Positions 43,837-57,441 of a stretch of 64,000 bases of DNA are shown here, one piece after another. This DNA is from Paramecium tetraurelia (lineage: Eukaryota): NCBI GenBank assembly GCA_000165425.1, contig CT867989.1:1-64000 (forward strand), read 5' to 3'. The notes under the pieces are model-generated. The model was not told the origin of the DNA and did not search any database. It worked only from the letters and a program-made list of their open reading frames with translations. The position numbers and the translations under genes are program-made. Position 1 is the first letter of the stretch, and each line of letters begins with the position of its first letter.

Positions 43837-46689
43837 TCAAATATTATCATAATATCCTATTCTAATTAATTGTAAAACTGCCTCATTATATTACTTTATA
43901 TCTTATTCTAATTTTAATTACTTGATTTAGTAATACAAATCATAAATAAAATAAAATGGAAAAGCCATTCTGATCATGTTAGGGTTAATTAAAGTCTTAA
44001 TTTTGGTAAATATTCTTATTATTTAACATTCTAATATCTATGTTGTTATTGTATCCTTTACTTTTGTACAATTTGTTTTTAGTTTACATATGTTGGATTT
44101 TAGTTGTTAAAAATATTACTAGATTTCAATCTAGCCTGGGATACATATTGAGCATAAATAATGAAATTTAAATATTTAGGATAATTCTTTATCTAAATAT
44201 TATATATTTTTTGCCATATCCAATTTTTCACAAATGTCCAAAAAAAATTATTCACAATTTATTTGTTATTTGTGAAACATCTATAAGCTGCCTTAGATAT
44301 ATTAAAGTAATTTCTCAATTTCATCTAATGATCTTGATTTATATAAAATGTTATAAACAATTGCATCTGATATCAATTCATCAATAATAATATTAAGGTT
44401 GTTTAATTATTTTAAAACAATCTCAAAACTTTCTTTCATAGATGGTGTTAAAGATAATTATAAATTAAGTTGTTCATGTTGTTCCTTCTATTAATAAATT
44501 AGTAATTAACATTAACTTAAAATTTATTCTCTTAAATCATAAATGCTTGAACTTCTGATTTTAAATTCAATTTCAGAATTATTATTTTCTAGATCTTGAA
44601 TTTGTTCTTCGATTTTCTCTTTTTAATTTCTCTTATCATTAATAAGTATTTCGTCTTGCTCTGCGCTTTGCTTTAATTATTAAATTTCATTAAATAGTTT
44701 TGCTTTTGTCTCTTACAACTAAATCAAATTACTTGTGAAATAACTCTCTGCTTTTAATGTTAAAATATATTAATTGCTATCAATTTTATTTTTTAAAATC
44801 CTTAAAAATTCTTTCTCTTTTATATTATTGCAATTATTCATAGTCTCTGTCTCCCATCTTTTTTTTATATCTGTCATCATACCTTAACTAACCTTTGTAA
44901 ATACAGGTATAAGAATTTACTCTAAATTTTATGTACTTATTTATTAATTAAAAAAATTATTTGTAAGTTCTATTAATTCCAATAAATCCTTTTTTGATTT
45001 ATTAAGTTGTTCTCCATCTATCAAGAATAGAATAACAAATTATTTTGATTTTTTTAATCTTAAAAAGATGTTGATTTGATTAATCAATCTTCTTTCTTCA
45101 CATGTATCTCCTAATCCAGGAGTATCAATAAATATCCAATCAGAATCATTAATTCTTATCCCTAAGTCGATTGTTTAGCAAGTTTAACTATTGTTTGTGT
45201 GAGAAATTAATATACTTTTATCAACATCAATTACATCGAAACTTTAACTTTCTGAACTTGTTTTTACTAGTTTCATATTATCTGGATTGCTTATAATATT
45301 CATAAGAGTGCTCTTTCCTACTTTAGTTAACCCTAGCAAAACAACGTACTAACTATTGTCTGTACTTTAAAAATTGCTTGAGTTATGAAAAAGATTACTG
45401 AAAAAGAAGAGCCTTTAAGGTATGTAAGACTCATAATGATCAAACCAAAATTTCAGTTATATTTAAAATTATTAAATTGTTTACTTTACATAATCAGATA
45501 TCTAATATTCTTTGAAATATTCCAAAATGTTATTATATTCTGATTAAAAATCAAATTAGAAATTAAGAATATTGTTTTATTATTCCGATAGATATTTTTT
45601 AATTTTCCAAGAAATATTTGGAATATCTTACATATTTTGTAAATCTTCTTTAATGCATTATGAAGACTCTCTAACAATATTTAAGATATTGCAAATTAAT
45701 ATATATAATTACGATTTTTCTATTTCATGAGATATTTTTTCCATAATTATGTAGATTAATTATTTTAAATCATTCTAATATTTCTTTATATTAGGATCGT
45801 TATTTTATTCCTTATTAAGGTTTGTTGGCAACTCTAATAAAGATTTAAGTTAGAATTTTAATAGGGAAATTATTTTATTGAGTTCATAAAACACAATTAA
45901 TATCTTATTTTAAATGTATTAATTGCAAGAGTATCCAATAGACTTAAAATATATATCCTTCTACATTACTGTAATTCTATTAGTGCTAATTTAGTTAAAA
46001 TAATTAACAGTTATTTCGGAAACGTCCATTTGTATCAATTCATTTTGGAATTCTTATTGATTAAGAATATATATTTATCCGAACTTTTCATATTAAATAA
46101 TTTCTAAATCACCATTTGTATTTTCTTTATTACTTTAGACACAAAATATCATAATATCCTCATTAGCTTCTTCGAAAAATCCTTCAAATAATTAATATAT
46201 TCGATGTTTCATTTTTTTTTCTAATTCATCTACATTTTACTCTTTATTAAATTAAACTACAAATGTCAATCTTTTAAATTTATTTTTTTCCAAAAACCAT
46301 TTCACAAAGAGTTTTATTTTTGATAATTAACCATAATTTATTACTTCAAGTTGATCATCAACTTTGATAATGTTCTAAAAGTATGCTATAATTTACTAAT
46401 CATTATCTTTCTTTAAAAATCCATCATTCCAGCTCTTAATTATATTTGGATTTATCGCTTGTTAAGATTAATGGTAAAAAAATTTGTCGTTTGTAAAGTT
46501 AAAATAAAACAAGCATTAATCCATTATATTTTAAAACTCTTGATTATTGTTGAGTTGGAATTATTTAATATCCTCCAATTCTTGGAATATTGTTTTTATA
46601 GATGTATATTCTTTGTTTTCTAAGTCTTGAAATCCTGTTTAAGTAGAGTTTTCTTCCTATATCATTCCAATTTAAGATAATTCTATCAT
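43837..46689 (-). CDS. Large AIG1/GIMAP-like GTPase, copy B (~950 aa, apparently intact and intronless)
   Basis: VVLLGLTKVGKSTLMN, FIDTPGLGDT, LIDG, VFTKV; shares YFNxT and QLF(D/E)GF motifs with copy A. Confidence 0.85.
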
Positions 46690-46746
46690 TTTTATAATAA
46701 AAATGCAATAATATTTATATTATTATTTTAATTTTAAAATAGAAAA

Positions 46747-46960
46747 ATGGAAGAATTATAGGTTATAAAAATAATTATTGTTGTTGGTGAACCATAAACA
46801 GTAAAACCCTCATTATTCTAATAATATGGCTTTAATGAGTTGACTCATAATCATCAAACAACAATAGGGTATGATTTTGCTTAAAAGATGTTAACGAAAA
46901 ATGGCGTCAATTTGAAACTTTAGATTTGGGATGTAGCTGATTTTAAATATAATTATAGCA
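46747..46960 (+). pseudogene. Rab GTPase pseudogene (Rab32/38-like)
   Basis: KIIIVVGEPQTVKPSL (broken P-loop), TTIGYDFAQK, LKLQIWDVA; no recognisable remainder. Confidence 0.7.
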
Positions 46961-47745
46961 CTCACATAGAATATTTTAATTGTAAGGTTATTAATTACCT
47001 TAAAAATTTTCCTTATTTCTTTATTATAAATATAACATATCTATCTTTAATCCTTGTGATTTCTCCATTTGTAAATTTATAATTGATTGAAGTTAGAATT
47101 TGGTTTAGACTTTTAATTCTAATGATGTAAAATGTCTTGTATTAAGTACTAGTTTCGATAATGAACGACTTTTGATTTAACCTCGAACGATAGCAAGCAA
47201 AAGTAGAGCACTTAAAAATTTAATGTCAAAATTTGATTTCCATGAATGTGATGATACATTATTTAACCTTTAAGTCAGATATCCACCGCATTTTCTCATT
47301 ACATATAACTGTATTCCCTATAAACCATAATAAATCATTATTAGATCTTAGTTAAGTCAACCAATGTTAGTTATTTTTGGTATATTTTATTTGAAGTTTA
47401 TCTAAATGAATATTATTAATTTGGATAAAATTTATAAATGTGTTACAACTATATTAATAGTTTCTTAGATGTTCTACAAACATAAAGTTGAAGTTTTGAA
47501 CGCAAATAAATAAAGAAATTTTTTGATAATTAGGTGATTTTAGGTTCTTCTACTTCTCTATATATTTTTAAAGTTCCAATCACTAAGGCTCTGATTTTAT
47601 TATTTTATATGCAATTGCATTTTCATTCCCTCTTTTTTCCAAAATAAATTATAAATTTGAAGCGAGTAACATACAAAGAAATATCAATTGATTCAGAATG
47701 TACTCTTTTTCCTTTAAATATAAAATGATATTAATAAAATTAAAT

Positions 47746-49471
47746 TCATGACACAAGTGCATCTTCACCAGCCATTGGTTCTAATGGGATATCTTCCACT
47801 TTTACAGGTACTTCATTCATTATGGTGTAGTTCTTCAATTTCTGATGTAGTATTCTTCTACACAACAACAAAACGGCGAGTAACAGTATTATTAGACCAC
47901 TAGTAAATGTATAATTTTAATTAGTTATACCCTAAAACACTACCAAGAGCAATGACTAAATTTTCATCTTCTTCAAAAAAGAGAATTTCCTTGCCAGAAA
48001 CTGTAAAATTATGATAGATGACACATTATGAAAATGGAGAGTAATCGTTGTCGGATTCTTTGGTGCTACATTAAGTGGAGTTCATAGTTAAGGAATAATG
48101 CTAATATTGAGATGATTAAATTACTGTGACATCAGTTGATTGGGGTCTGCATTGTAACCAAGGAAAAACACTCTTGATGGCAAAGATATTGATATCATTA
48201 TCAGATATGCCAACCATGAATGCTTATTTGTAATAGATGGTAGCTTTTTAGAATGGTTCAAAATCTAATGCATTTTGATTGTATAATTTCTAAGTCTTAA
48301 CTCTGAATTCCTCTACGTTTTCTAAATCAAAATCTTCAAAGTATAATGGAACATCAATTTTATTCATATGTTTGTTGTAGATTGAATGGTAGATTACTCT
48401 ATGAATTTCTTACCCAATCAGAATGGCGTATTGTTCCCCCATATAAACATCGAAGATATCCATGTCTTTGGAATAGATTCTATTGAAGTAATAATCATTG
48501 CTTTGTAGGAAGACTTCGATGGCATAGGGATCGCCAGAATCAGTGTTGGCAACTAGAATGAAAGTCTTTTTATAGAAATCAAAGGAAACAACGTTTTTTA
48601 GATAGATGATGATACCAGTATCCTCATATTGACTGACTGAAAATATTTCATAAATTAACAATCCCACATCAGCATTTAACAAATAGAGTTGAGTGCTTTC
48701 TTCATTTGTCAAGACTTCCAAAAAGTTACCATTCAGATTCAAACTTGTGAGATATTCGAAATTGTTTTTATTATCAAACAGATACACATCAACACCATCT
48801 CTACCATAAGCGGCATAGAGTGTCTGCAACTTTTCACAATAATGGATATGTTGGGGTGTTTATTTTTTATTCAAATTCAATTGAGTAAATTAATCGGTTA
48901 GGGTATTCACTATGAATGCATCTTACAATGTGAAGATTATGCAACTATTTGTATTGCACACTATCTAATGTGAATCACTCGTTGGTTTAATTGATGGTAT
49001 CTATATGATTTTTACTCTTTTGAAATTTTTTATATTATCTCCATCAAAATCAATGTCCATTACGATCAAATGATTATCACTTCTGGTTGCAAAGACTTAG
49101 TTAGTCTCAATGTAAAGAGCTGTAAAGAATGCATTGGTAGAATTCGATTCGAATGTTTCCATGAAGAGGTCTTGATACACTAATCTTCTTGCGTATGGAT
49201 AGCAATCAGGCAATGTAAATGGATCAAGTGTTGTATTGGGCATCATTTCAATGGATTGGCCATCTATGATTTAATTGAGCTTCATATCGTAAACCCCAGG
49301 ATAACTAGATGATAGATTAAGACACACTGCTCACCTGTTGTATTGCAATAACAATGTCTGTCCAACATTGGGACTGTATTCTGTGTGCAATATTTGCTCA
49401 TTTATTTTAGTTAATGTAGGTTGTGTGATCCTTTGAAGTTTGGCTATTGCAAGCAAATAAAAAATAAACAT
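47746..49471 (-). CDS. Type I membrane protein (signal peptide, beta-rich ectodomain, C-terminal TM)
   Basis: MFIFYLLAIAK..., LYAAYGRDGVDVY, TM LVIALGSVL|SGLIILLLAVLLLC, ends GEDALVS*. Confidence 0.8.
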
Positions 49472-49526
49472 TAATTCAAAATCGAAACAAAAAAAATCAT
49501 TATTGCAAAAATCTATTCATTGGATT

Positions 49527-50536
49527 TCACTGTTCTTTATTAATTTGTTGAAACATTTTCTATTTTGATTTTTGATTCTTAATCTTCTGGATCACACCCA
49601 TGATGCTTCCGATTTTAAGCGGATGAATTTTCAATGGTTCATCAGGAATAATCAATTTTTCCTTTCTTAACATCATTTCCAACTTTGAGGTTATGATGTT
49701 GGAATTCTTCTTTTTTACCAATTTGATTGCTGGAGTTGAGATCTTCCTATTGCTTTCAATAGATTATTATGATACACATCTTAATTTTGAGATTTTACTC
49801 ATAAATTCATCAATAGCTTGTTTACTGCAATTGCTATCCTTCAGCCTCTAACGAATTCCCGTTATTATGGTTTGGTTTTTGTCTGTTATGTTCTTACGCA
49901 ATGATTCGTTTAATTGTTCCATAGTACTCGCTTCAATTGAAGCCTGTTGTTTAGAATACAAATCAGCCACACTTTGATTGTTGGAAATTGTAAACTCTAT
50001 CCATAATGCACAACTTTACTCTTGTGTATGATTCTTTCCGGACTTTGAGAAATGAAAGTGTTTAGATCCTTAGGTGGCGATTGCTGCTATATCAATGTCC
50101 TCTCTGTTATTGATTTAATCTAATGATGATTCAATTTTATTATTCTCGATTTCCTCTCATCCCTCTCTTGAGTTTTCTCCCTGTATGATATTATACGAGG
50201 TTAACTGTTGCTAACAATTTTCTTCTGCATCCTTTGATCCAATATTGCTATTATCTCATCTATGTTTCCTGGCTCCGTGCAATCAATCGATTTATCCTTT
50301 AAATTCATTTTCGCTATTTCTTACTGCAATTTTTTTATGTTCATTACAATCGAATGTAAGTATGAAAAATAATCTTACTAACTATTATTTGCAGTCATAT
50401 ACTCCAAGTAGCTAATCTTCTATAATGCCCCTTAACTCAATCCCAATTTACTCATCACACTTTAAGTTGCCTAACAATCAAAATCAATCTTTTGTTCTAA
50501 AATTTGTTTCATCTCTTATATTGACATTTTATGCAT
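49527..50536 (-). CDS. Uncharacterised protein
   Basis: MHKMSIQEMKQILEQK...; one 29-nt intron restores the frame; ends FQQINKEQ*. Confidence 0.75.
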
Positions 50537-51012
50537 TTCTTTAATATAATATATATATAACTTATGTAAGATGATTTTCGATATAATTTAGATATATATG
50601 GCGATAATGATACCTAGAATAGATATTAGTGCGTATTTTAAATATATAATATGACATTACTACGTTGTAAGTCTAAGAATTTTAAATATTACAAAAATAA
50701 TCACAATATCTACCTATTTTGTAAATAACCAAAAGTCATTTAATGTATTTAATGTGAGCATTCATCCTTACTGCTTGTAAATGCTGGACTATCTTACACT
50801 TAATGATAAGTATTTAGATGTTGATAATATTACTCTAAAAGGAAAAGGTACTCCACTATCACAAGTAATTGTCTAATCCAAAAGAGAATTTACTATCTAT
50901 CCTAATAGAGGATCTAAATGAATCAATTTTTTCTTTTCTAATCAGCTAATAGTAATGGATAAGCAAGAAATGATTAATTTATCGTTCTTGGTAATCATTA
51001 ATTTTATTAATT

Positions 51013-51576
51013 ATGGGTGATAATAATTCCAATAATTCTGATGGCATGCAATTATTGAAGACTCTTCTCACTGCAGACGTGCCATCCGAAGGATCTGTGA
51101 TGTAATCTATTAGAAATGTATAAATGTATCTAATCATAGAAAGTCAATTCATTGCTCAATAACAAATAATAGATATCCATTTTATAAGAATTACAATAGG
51201 CGTATGAGTAATAATCTATCATGTTAGAAATCTTGATAACGAATTCAAAGAGATGACTGACAATACACTTATGGGACTCAATGCCATATATTTTTCATCT
51301 GTTGTCCTCACATAATTTATGTTCACTCGAAAAGTCAGCAAAGTTGTTTTCCTTCTAAGTTGTGCTTATTTCAACTTTTATTTAATCCAACCCATTGAGA
51401 TTGAATACAAACTACGCAAATTGGCTTTGTAAAACACTCTTGCTGGGTAGGAAGTCAGGAATCTTTATAGATTCTATTTCCAAGATCACGAATTTATAAA
51501 GGAAATGACAGAAAAGTGCAAATTGTATACACAAGCTGATGAGATAAAAAAATAAATTTATTCCAGAAAATTGTGA
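51013..51576 (+). CDS. Small membrane protein (two hydrophobic segments), intact copy
   Basis: MGDNNSNNSDGMQLLK...NLDNEFKEMTDNTLMGLNAIYFSSVVL...KQIYSRKL*; 22- and 26-nt introns. Confidence 0.8.
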
Positions 51577-51733
51577 TGTTGACTGCTCTCTTGTCATTAT
51601 AATATAACTAAATCATCCGATCAAATCAATTAATCAACTTTTTCTATTAATTTATAATTCATTAAAAATCTCTTCATAACCTATAAGTGATATGATTCTA
51701 TCAAATTATTATTTTAATTGTATATATAATTAA

Positions 51734-53706
51734 ATGTCTACCGATTAGTTCCTGAGGAGTGATCAAAGGCTTGTACGTGTACAGATATAAGATCAAAGGC
51801 TTGTACCTGTTCGGGTCTAAGCGCAGATACAGGTTTAGTACGAATATCAAGAATAAGATATTGAATACACAGGTATATAAATTATCAATTATTTTAGGCA
51901 GGAAATTGAATTATGAATTGAAGAAGGGTCCGATTGAATATAGATAACTCAAAAATCGCAGATATCTCGTTGCTTTTGTGGCGATGTGGGCCGCGATATT
52001 AGCTTTTTCAATATCGTCCATTGGGAAAGGAAATCTATAGGACATGTTTAAGCCATATGATAGTGTAAAATGAAAATCAATAATTTAGTAAAATAGATAA
52101 TGTGGAAATGGTGATCTCATTAACTACCCTTTTATATATATGATAAATGAAGTAGATTACTATTGTGTTTATACTTGTCCCACAAAAGATGATCTTGGCA
52201 AACCACTTCCTTGCTTCCAATGTCCTTCAATAAAAACACCTTATCCCTCCAGAAAATATCGCACCATGTGTCAACCGACATAGGATGCAGATCCTTAATA
52301 CAAAAAGCTGGCTTAGGGAGAATATATCTTTGACATGTTTAAAGATTATTCTATAGACATCAGAGAAGGACTGCCAATAATTTTGGGTTCAATCGGATTG
52401 AGTTTTTTTTTTTCTTTTTCCATATTACTTTTGATGAGATCTTCACCAGGATTCGTAGTTTGGGGAATAATTTTTATCATTTTCCTGCTCTTTGAAACGG
52501 TAGGAGGGGTTTCATTATCATTATATTACGGCTATAGAGTTGCCTATATACCTATATATGAAGACGGTAACCCTATAACTCTATTAATTGAGGGTTATGG
52601 GAGTTGTTGTGTTGGGGTGATTGTAGTAATTGTAGCCCTCTGTTTGACTAAAAAGATCAGATTAGCTATTTGCATAATGAAAGCAGCTGCCACTTTTGTA
52701 TCTTAGGAATTTCCAATAGCTTTAGTTCCACTACTTATGTCAACCTTGGTACTTGGAATGATCGCATACTGGGCAATATTCTCAACTCTGATCTATGCAG
52801 CTAACACCGAGGCAAAGAAGGAAATAGATGATCCTTATGTTTAATTTGAAACAGATAAAAAATCCGAAACTAAATTACTTATCCTTGAAGTAGGGATAAT
52901 GTGGACTGTATGTTATTTAACTGCACTTACTAATTTTGTTGTCGGCACTTCTTGTTGCTATTGGTATTACAGCCATTAGGGTAATTCAAGGAAAGGTAGT
53001 ATTTAGAAAGGTTTTCGTAATGGATTATCGTATAATTTTGGTAGTCTTTTATATGGCGCAGCAATTTTTCCTCTTATTTGGGCAATTAAAAAAGCATTAT
53101 CATAATACGTTGTAATATAAGTGTGTAATAATATAGAAACTTTATAAATCTATAGCGGTCCTTGCTTAGTATAACATGTGTTACTGGCTTTAATTTTTAT
53201 ACTGCAAATGCTACGTCAAATTTTTCGATAAAGTAATTAAATTCTTGGATAAAAATGTATATATAATAATGGCATTAACCGGAGACGACTTTTGTACTTC
53301 TGCACGTGATGCCTTCTATCTTATTTATCGAAATCAAGGTCGTGTGGCTTTCACACAAGGAGGTAAGAACTCTATTAATTCTAATATTAGTGGGTGCGAT
53401 TTTTCAAATTTTGAGTGTTCTCTTTATCGTGTTAGCTTCCACCTCAATTTGTTTCTTTATCATGCTTAGTGAATATTTTACTTTTAAGGATTCCAATTTC
53501 ATCTTAGTTGTAATTCTAATAATCAATTATTATAGCTCATTTAAGTTATTTCCTATTTTATTGCTCAAAATTTCATGTTGTTATATGGGTATGGAGTTGA
53601 TACTATATTGTTCTGTTTGATTGTTGATATCGAATAGAATATAAACGAAGGAGGTGCCAAATCAATACCACCAGTCCTTAAAAAATATGCCTCAGAATTA
53701 TTTTGA
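51734..53706 (+). CDS. Choline transporter-like (CTL/SLC44) protein, copy 2
   Basis: GRKLNYELKKGPIE, KKIRLAICIMKAAA, FLDKNVYIIMALTGDDFCTSARDAFYLI, GVDTILFCLIVDIE; introns at similar positions to copy 1. Confidence 0.92.
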
Positions 53707-53926
53707 ATTTGATAAACCATATATAAATATATCTACAGTACTCGTTATTCCTCCTTAAATATTTTTTATAATTCTCCTATTTCGGTTGATTTTAATGAAT
53801 TCCAATAATAAATTATCACTATCATAATACATCAAAATTTATTTAAAAAATACTCTACTTATTTGATTAATGCTGTTCTTTTTATAATTCATTAAAGGGT
53901 TTACAAAAATAATAACAAAAAATAAA

Positions 53927-54329
53927 TCATTCTTTTTCCTTCTATTCGATCTTCTCACTTAGTTCTAGTATGACATTGTCTCTTAGTTCAATTTCATCTT
54001 ACAAATTACTGAATTATGCTTCAATTGCAGCTATTCTTTCTCTCAGCTAAAAATAATCCTTCTAATAATTGTACAATGTCATTTTCATCAAAACAATGCT
54101 TCAAGATCAACTTGTGCAATTTTAGCTATTGTATAAGTGTCTGCTTGTCCATGTTCTCAAATTACAACTCATCTAAAGAACCTTTCACATTGTTAATTTC
54201 TGTATTTGTAGGTGGAACTTACTTTTCTGTATTTCCAATCTTTTCAACTTTCTCCCCGAGTGCGGCAGCCTATTTCTCCCCTTTATTCACTTAACTAACA
54301 TTAGAGAATGGAATTCTTGCAGTAGCCAT
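53927..54329 (-). CDS. Small coiled-coil protein with D-box-like N-terminus (geminin-like)
   Basis: MATARIPFSNVSQ...LKHCFDENDI|LRERIAAIEAQFSNLQDEIELRDNVILELSEKIEQKEKE*; 28-nt intron. Confidence 0.8.
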
Positions 54330-54357
54330 TTTAATTATATTAATAATAATTATTAAA

Positions 54358-54376
54358 TTTAAACCCGCGCTTTCAA
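54358..54376 (-). promoter_or_regulatory. GCGCGGGTTTAAA motif upstream of the geminin-like gene
   Basis: Same GCGGGTTTRAA core as upstream of H2A, 28 nt before the ATG. Confidence 0.5.
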
Positions 54377-54479
54377 TTCATTAATGTCCCGCTCATTAAA
54401 AACATATTCTTGATTATTTTAATATTTATCTGAGTAAGTTGCCAATATTCTTAATATAAGAAACAAATAAAGCAAAATA

Positions 54480-55475
54480 TCATTATTTAGGAAGTGAGTC
54501 AATCTCTTCTTGTAGAATGTTTTAGACACATTTTGGATATTCGTAATTCTTATACCCACGAAATAATGGAGTATATTCTTTCTAGATAAAATTAATTAAT
54601 TATATTTTACTAAATATGCCAGGATATTTTTGGCCATTTAATCCTTCTTAACAGTAAACGATGGAATTATCAAATCTGGTATTGTTGGAACATTCTCTCG
54701 ATTGAATACTCTTAATTTGTGTTCCTCAGGATCCATTCTTCCATTCCCCTTTGTAATCTTATTTTTTGATGTAATATTTAAAATAGGAGGCTTCTTTTTG
54801 AATTTCTCTTAATAAATTATATGATATTACTGCAAATAGTACTGGGTTTTATCTCTTCTCGTACATCCTTTAAAGTGTGTGATCGTATATCTATTCTCTC
54901 TTCTTCACGGCCTCAGAATACGAAGTCTTCTCACTCACTGCTAATCGTTATAGTTCCTGAGCTCTTGGTTCCTCAGACAACAGTTCTTCATCATCTTACT
55001 CCTACTAAGAAAGTTCCTCCTCCTTTTAATCCACGATCTGAGGATTTGTCATAAAATCTAATGCTCTTTTCTGATCCTCCTCATTTTCATATAATTTCTA
55101 TTATTCTTATTTTTCACGTTGCAATTTCTCGTGTCTCTCCCTCTCCATCACTCTGCGATAAGCCAGAATTTTCTTGTCTATCTATTTGATTGCCTCAGGT
55201 ATGGGAATAGGCTTTGGAACATACTAAGTAGTGTTAAGTGTTAATTACTGGCTAAGCATACTGAATAGAGGGTTGAGGAATAACAATCATCTCCTAGGTT
55301 GCTTTTGGTTTTCGACTTTCTTAATTATGAAATGGAATTACAAAAACCGTTATGCATTTCTCATTTGAGGGGGATGTTCACTCTCTTCCTTGTCATTTAG
55401 AAACCTAGCTTTTTAATTCTAAGATTTAGCTTTGTTTTCTAAATTCTGTTTTTGTGAAATGAACTTTTAAGACAT
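54480..55475 (-). CDS. Uncharacterised protein
   Basis: MSQKFISQKQ...YVPKPIPIPEAIK...EEIDSLPKQ*; four short introns. Confidence 0.75.
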
Positions 55476-55516
55476 CACTTAATTATTTTAATATAATACT
55501 ACAATTTAATAGATAG

Positions 55517-56221
55517 TCAATGTTTTTGAGAACAATTATGAAAATTCAGATTGTTCATCATCCCAATCTATAAGTCCGAATTCAACTCATCTAAAATTTG
55601 TTAATATTGACTGATCGACTATTCCAAATCAGAAATATAAGTTTATTTCTACGCAATATAATACTTCACATCATCCAACATCTATTCATAATAAATTTTC
55701 TAATATTAATTGTGTTTTAATTGCCTCCCCGTTTATTACAACTTGGGTGCTGTTACCTCTATTTTCTTAATTAATTGAGCTCTCTCCTTTTACTTACTCT
55801 TCATTTTCCTCTTCTCCCTTTCTATTTCATCCAATTCATTTAAAGCAATCTCATCCTGCTCTCTGAACTCAATGAATTGTTGTTTCTAAGTAAAGGGGGC
55901 CTTCTAGAATGCCTTTGAGTCGACTTCGTAATCGATTAGGGATATCTAATATTTATCCTTTTATAGTTCAACGCATTTTTAATATTCCTCTTCCTAGCAT
56001 TTGCTCAGTTTCTCCTGGATTTTATAAAAATTATTTGTTTATTTTTCCTCCAAATTTGAGTATTTTTCATATTGGCTTTTAACTCCATTGAATAGGATTC
56101 TTTTCTCTTTTAATTCTTTTTTTTCATTTTATAACTTAAGTTGTAGTTTCTTGATTTTGACATTGGTTTTGTCTATCTCTTACTTCAAGAAATCAATTTG
56201 TTTATTAGTCCCTTAAGACAT
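55517..56221 (-). CDS. Coiled-coil protein
   Basis: MSQGTNKQIDFLKQEIDKTNVKIKKLQLKL...NCSQKH*. Confidence 0.75.
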
Positions 56222-56364
56222 ATTTTATTATTTGTTTGTTAAAATAAATAATTTTTAAAGAATCAGTAATTATAGTTCCGTTTAAATTGAAACTTAAACA
56301 CCCATATATAATCAGCATTTCTGTCTTATAAATAATATATTATTTCATAATAAAAATCAGAAAC

Positions 56365-57295
56365 TCATATTAATGAGCACCATCCTGGTTTTTAATTTTA
56401 GACGTCTTCCTCCACTTTTTTGAATTGTTTTTATTGAATGATATCATTAATAAGGCCAGTAAACATTTAATTGACATTGGATCCATTCTTGGCTGAGGTC
56501 TCATAAAAGAGTGCTTTGAATTAAGCAGCCAACTACTTTCCTTCATCGTAGGCAATAACTCTTTCAGAAGCTAAATCAGTTTTATTTCCAACAATAACAA
56601 TGGATGGAACATAATCTTGCATCTTAAATAACTATTAAAATAACAACAAAGTGTTTTTGATATCTTCAAAACTTTCTAAAGAGTTGATTGCATATGTGAA
56701 TATCAACCCTTCCTTATCCTTCATCCATTGGGTTCTCAAGGATGTGTATGCTTCTTAACCACAGGTGTCCGATATCTTTGTGAATGGATATACAATTTAC
56801 TTCGATTTGGCATTGTTACTCACCTACGATTACTCTTTTTGTGTATTTATCCAAAAGAGTGAGACTGTATTCTTCAAAAAATTCATTGTTAACCCATCGA
56901 GTGGTCAAATTGGATTTTCCAACAGAACCCATTCCCAACAATGAAATCCTGTATTAAACTAATTATTTTGATTCTGCTGAAGAATTTTAAAAATTAGAAT
57001 TATAATTATTGAACTCCTCTCCCTATAATGATAATACATTTTGGGCATACGCTGGATATGAAATAATTCCCTCCCATTTAGATCCTGTCTATGTCCAAAA
57101 TCTCCTTGCCTGATTGATCAAATATCCTAGACGCTCTTATTTCTAATAATGATGATGTCCAGAACCTAAAACTGCTGAGCACATCTGCATGAATTTCCTT
57201 CGGTCGGTTTCTTTCCTTAAATAATGCACCTTCATTGATTTACGTGGATTCCCATTATTATATATTTGTATTGTAACATTATTGGTATTTATCAT
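56365..57295 (-). CDS. Ras-family GTPase with N-terminal DCX/KHA-like domain and CaaX box
   Basis: GMGSVGKS, EEYSLTLLDKY, DTCGQE, GNKTD, ETSAK, CSLI*; N-terminal VTIQIYNNGNPRK...RIFDQSGKEILDIDRIQMGGNYFISSGEEF after removing introns 57143-57165 and 57023-57050. Confidence 0.88.
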
Positions 57296-57441
57296 ATAAA
57301 TTATTATATTTTCTTTATGATTATCATTATACCAAAATAAACTTATGTTGAACTAAACAAAGTGCTTTTATGACTTTGCCCTCTGCAGAATTGATATTAA
57401 ATTAATATAATACGAATTTGAGAATATAAGAGTGAATTAGT

